A DNA stretch of 64,000 nucleotides. Origin: a virus. Its lineage: Duplodnaviria; Heunggongvirae; Uroviricota; Caudoviricetes. Position 1 is the first letter of the stretch; each line of letters opens with the position of its first letter. The stretch spans positions 216,286 through 280,285 of the IMG/VR virus record IMGVR_UViG_3300032167_000002. The stretch is one strand, 5' to 3'. A program made the position numbers and the translations under genes. The notes under the pieces were generated by a model. That model saw nothing but the letters and a program-made list of their open reading frames with translations. It was not told the DNA's origin and searched no databases. Positions 60,630 through 64,000 of this stretch are shown piece by piece.

Positions 60630-61154
60630 ATGGCAAAAATTCCATTTTCCAAACTTGGTGTAAAAGTAAATTCTGAAATTGCTTTATTAACATGGGGGGA
60701 ATATAATATTGAAATTCGTAAATATTTACCCATGGAAGAAAAGGCAAATTTGATTACAAATGTTTTAAATGCTTCTGCAGATGATAATAAATTTTATAAT
60801 CCTTTGCGAGTAAAAGTATTTTTAACCTTGGAAGCTTTGTACGCATATACTAATTTAAGTTTTACTGAAAAAGCTAAAGAGAATTATTTAAAACTTTATG
60901 ATTCTGTTGTAAGTTCCGGTTTATTTGAACAGGTAATTAGTAATATTCCCAAGAGTGAATGGGATGATTTAGTATCTGCAATGTGGGAAACTATTTCTAA
61001 AGTTTATGAATATAATAATTCTGTATTGGGATTATTAGACAATATTTCTAATGATTATAGTAGCTTATCTTTGGAGGCTGCAGAAATTCAAAAAAAGTTA
61101 GCTGAAGGCAATGGTGTAGAATTTTTATAGGATGTAATGAGTAAGCTGGGCTAA
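60630..61154 (+). CDS. Hypothetical tail-module protein with one TAG
   Basis: MAKIPFSKLG... Confidence 0.45.
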
Positions 61155-61202
61155 TTAAGTTATTTTTATAGGAAAACTTTTCAAATTATCATAGGAATAG
61201 TC

Positions 61203-61242
61203 GAGGGATGAGATAAGTGATTATTCTCATCCCTCTTTTTTA
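61203..61242 (+). terminator. Rho-independent terminator
   Basis: GAGGGATGAGA...TCTCATCCCTC then T6. Confidence 0.65.
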
Positions 61243-61283
61243 TTTTATAAAATAAAAATGGAGAGAAAGGAGATAGCTTTTAT

Positions 61284-64000
61284 ATGGCAAAGAATTTAAA
61301 TGTTAGTTTATCTTTTTCTGCTGATTCATCAAAAGTTAGAGCTGAACTAAATAGTTTAAAAAAGTCTTTGAATGAATTATCTAACAGTATTGCTTTAAAG
61401 ATTCCGCATTTTGAATTTACTAAAGACCTTCAAGAAGCGAGTCGTGCAGCAGCTCAATTAAAAGTTCAATTAGATGCTGCAGTTAATACAAAAACTGGAA
61501 ACTTGGACTTGACTAAGTTCAGCGAGTCAATGAAAAAAAGTGGTATGTCTTTAGAGAAATACCAAAATCAATTATACTAGCTTGGACCTGCCGGTGAAAA
61601 AGCTTTTGCGGACTTAGCAAAGGCTATTACTATGGCGGATGTACCTTTGAGACGCAGTAGTAAATTATTAGATGAATTATGGACTACTATGAAAAATACT
61701 GCTAGATGGCAGCTAACTTCTAGCGCAATGCATGGATTCATGGGTGCAGTATCAAGCGCTTATGGGTATGCAAAAGATTTAAATGCATCTTTAAATGATA
61801 TCAGAATTGTTACTGGCGCAAGTACTGAAAAGATGGCTGAGTTTGCGAAAGAGGCAAATAATGCCGCAAAAGCGCTAAGTACAACTACAACAGATTATAC
61901 TAAAGCTTCTTTGATTTTCTATCAATAGGGTTTAAGTGATGAATAGGTTAAAGAGCGTACTGATGTTACTATAAAAATGGCTAATGCTGCGGGCGCAAGT
62001 GCCCAAGAAGTTTCTGATTAGTTAACCGCTGTTTGGAATAACTTTTATGATGGTACTAAATCTTTAGAGTATTATGCTGATGTCATGACTGCTCTCGGTG
62101 CGGCAACTGCTTCTAGTACTGATGAGATTGCTGGCGGATTAGAGAAATTTGCAGCCATCGGTAAAACAATTGGTTTAAGTTATGAATATGCTGCATCAGC
62201 CTTGGCAACAATTACTTCAAATACTCGCTAGAGTGAAGAAGTTGTTGGTACTGCCTTAAAGACTATTTTTGCTCGTATTCAAGGTTTGAATTTAGGTGAA
62301 ACTCTTGATGATGGAGTTACTTTAAATAAATATTCTCAAGCACTTGAAAAAGTTGGAATTAGTATATTTGATAGTACTGGAGAATTGAAGAATATGGATA
62401 ATATTCTTGATGAAATGGCTGCAAAATGGGATGTCTTAAATAACTCTTAGCAAGTAGCATTGGCACAGACTGTTGCTGGTGTTCGTCAATATAACCAATT
62501 AATTGCCCTAATGAATAACTGGGATAGTGGTGACAGTGATAGTATGGTCGCAAACTTAACTACTGCGACTAATTCTACAGGAACCTTACAGAATCAAGCA
62601 GATATTTATGCTGAATCTTGGGAGGCTGCAAACAAGAGAGTAAAGGCTTCTACTGAAGCAGTTTATTCTGCTATTTTAAATGATGAGTTCTTTATTGATT
62701 TAACTAATAGTTTTGCTGATCTTATAGATGGAGTTAAAACTTTTATTGATAGTTTAGGTGGTATTAAAGGTGTTTTATTAGCTATTGGTAGTATTGTAAC
62801 AAGTGTTTTTTCTAAGCAAATTAGTTAGAGTATTCAAAATGCTGCTTTTAGTATTAAAGGATTTTTAAATCCAAAGGCTATTTTGGAGGCAGAAGTTAAA
62901 TAGAAGGAAAAGGCCAATAAATTATTAGTTAGTGGTTTAAAGGATTAGGGAACTACTTCTAGTGGTTATAGCGCAGAAGCTTATAAAGCTTTAGGTGAAA
63001 ATCAATTAACTTATATTCAAAATATTGAAAGAATGAGTGAAGAAGAGTAGGCTATTAATTAGATTTTAATGGATAGAAATCGAGCCTTAGTAGATAATGC
63101 GATTAAAGCTGGCGAAGAATTAGAAATAATTGAAGAAAAAATTGCTGCTGAAAGAAATATCCTTGTATTTTAGGCTCAAAAAGCTGGAAAAGGATCTTCA
63201 GATCAAATCGCTCAAGTTCGAACATTGTCTAAACAGTATGAAGACTTATCAAAAAATGCTTCTAAATTCCAAGCAGTAGCAAATACTGCTTTTAAATCTA
63301 TCGGCATGAATGAATAGGCTGAAGATGCTAAAGAATTAAAAAAGGAATTGTCAGAGACTGTTCAAGAAATGTTAAAACTAAAAAATGTTAATAAATTAAC
63401 AGATGCTCAAGGTATTGAAAAATTAAAAACTTCATTAAAAACGTTATTGCCGGAAGTTAATCTTACAACAACAGAAGTTAATGAATTATGGCAAACTATT
63501 AAAAATAGTGAAAATGTTTCTTTTGAATAGATTACTGCTGTATTTAATAGATTATCAACTGCAAGTACAGCTGCTGGAACAAGTATCCAATCAAAATTAA
63601 AAGTTGCGATGGAAGCTTGTGGTATGACAAGTGAAGAAGTAGAAAATGCTATTCGAGAGTATAATGCAGTTTTAGAATAGTTTGAAAATAAAAACGAAGG
63701 TGCTGAAGTTGCATTAAGAAAAGTAATTGTGGCGATGAAAGAGCATAATAAAAGCATGGAAGAGGCAAAATAGAAACCTATTCCAATGGCTGAAGCTTTT
63801 TCTAAAGCTGCCGGGGCAGCTATGGCATTGGGACAAGCCATTACTACTATTACTGGTATTATTGATGTATTTAATAATGAAGAAGCCACTACTAAAGATA
63901 AAATTATGGCTTTAATATCTGGTATTGGAATGCTAACTGTTACTATAACATCTATTGTACCAGCATTTAGCACTGCAGAAGTTGCTGTGACTGCATTTGG
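61284..64000 (+). CDS. Tail tape measure protein (5' part, continues beyond the window) with many in-frame TAG
   Basis: Tape-measure core ALGAATASSTDEIAGGLEKFAAIGKTIGLSYEYAASALATITSNTR-TAG-SEEVVGTALKTIFARIQ; coiled-coil rich; four track ORFs lie in one frame. Confidence 0.65.

Overview
This window looks like part of a tailed phage (Caudoviricetes) genome with four parts. All motifs, folds and family assignments are from reading the sequence; no search or folding program was run. Part 1 (1-6321, minus strand) is a dense tRNA array of about 24 genes, several non-canonical. Part 2 (5200-26800, minus strand) is an early region of small genes. Each gene sits behind one copy of an AT-rich TTGATT-N17-TATAAT promoter, present in 16 copies, and is often closed by a hairpin terminator that abuts the next promoter. 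Part 3 (27200-44500, minus strand) is a second early region. It uses a different promoter family, near-consensus sigma70 TTGACA-N17-TATAAT in about 30 copies, and includes tandem promoter arrays. It also holds a duplicated two-gene cassette, a tRNA-like gene with its own promoter, and recurrent GC hairpin terminators with conserved antisense promoters. Encoded products here include an HD hydrolase, a DnaQ-like exonuclease, a HAD nucleotidase, AbrB and winged-helix regulators, and small acidic proteins. Part 4 (44700-64000, plus strand) is the late and structural module: terminase large subunit, probable portal, capsid and tail candidates, and a tape measure protein. The most striking feature is that every late gene, one minus-strand operon at 42576-43673, and the small plus-strand module 24095-25014 carry many in-frame TAG codons. 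They terminate with TAA or TGA, so TAG is read as a sense codon there. The early genes are TAG-free and sometimes use TAG as their stop. No canonical CUA-anticodon suppressor tRNA is evident, but an unusual type-II tRNA-like gene (28439-28532) carries a UCUAA pentamer in an oversized anticodon loop.
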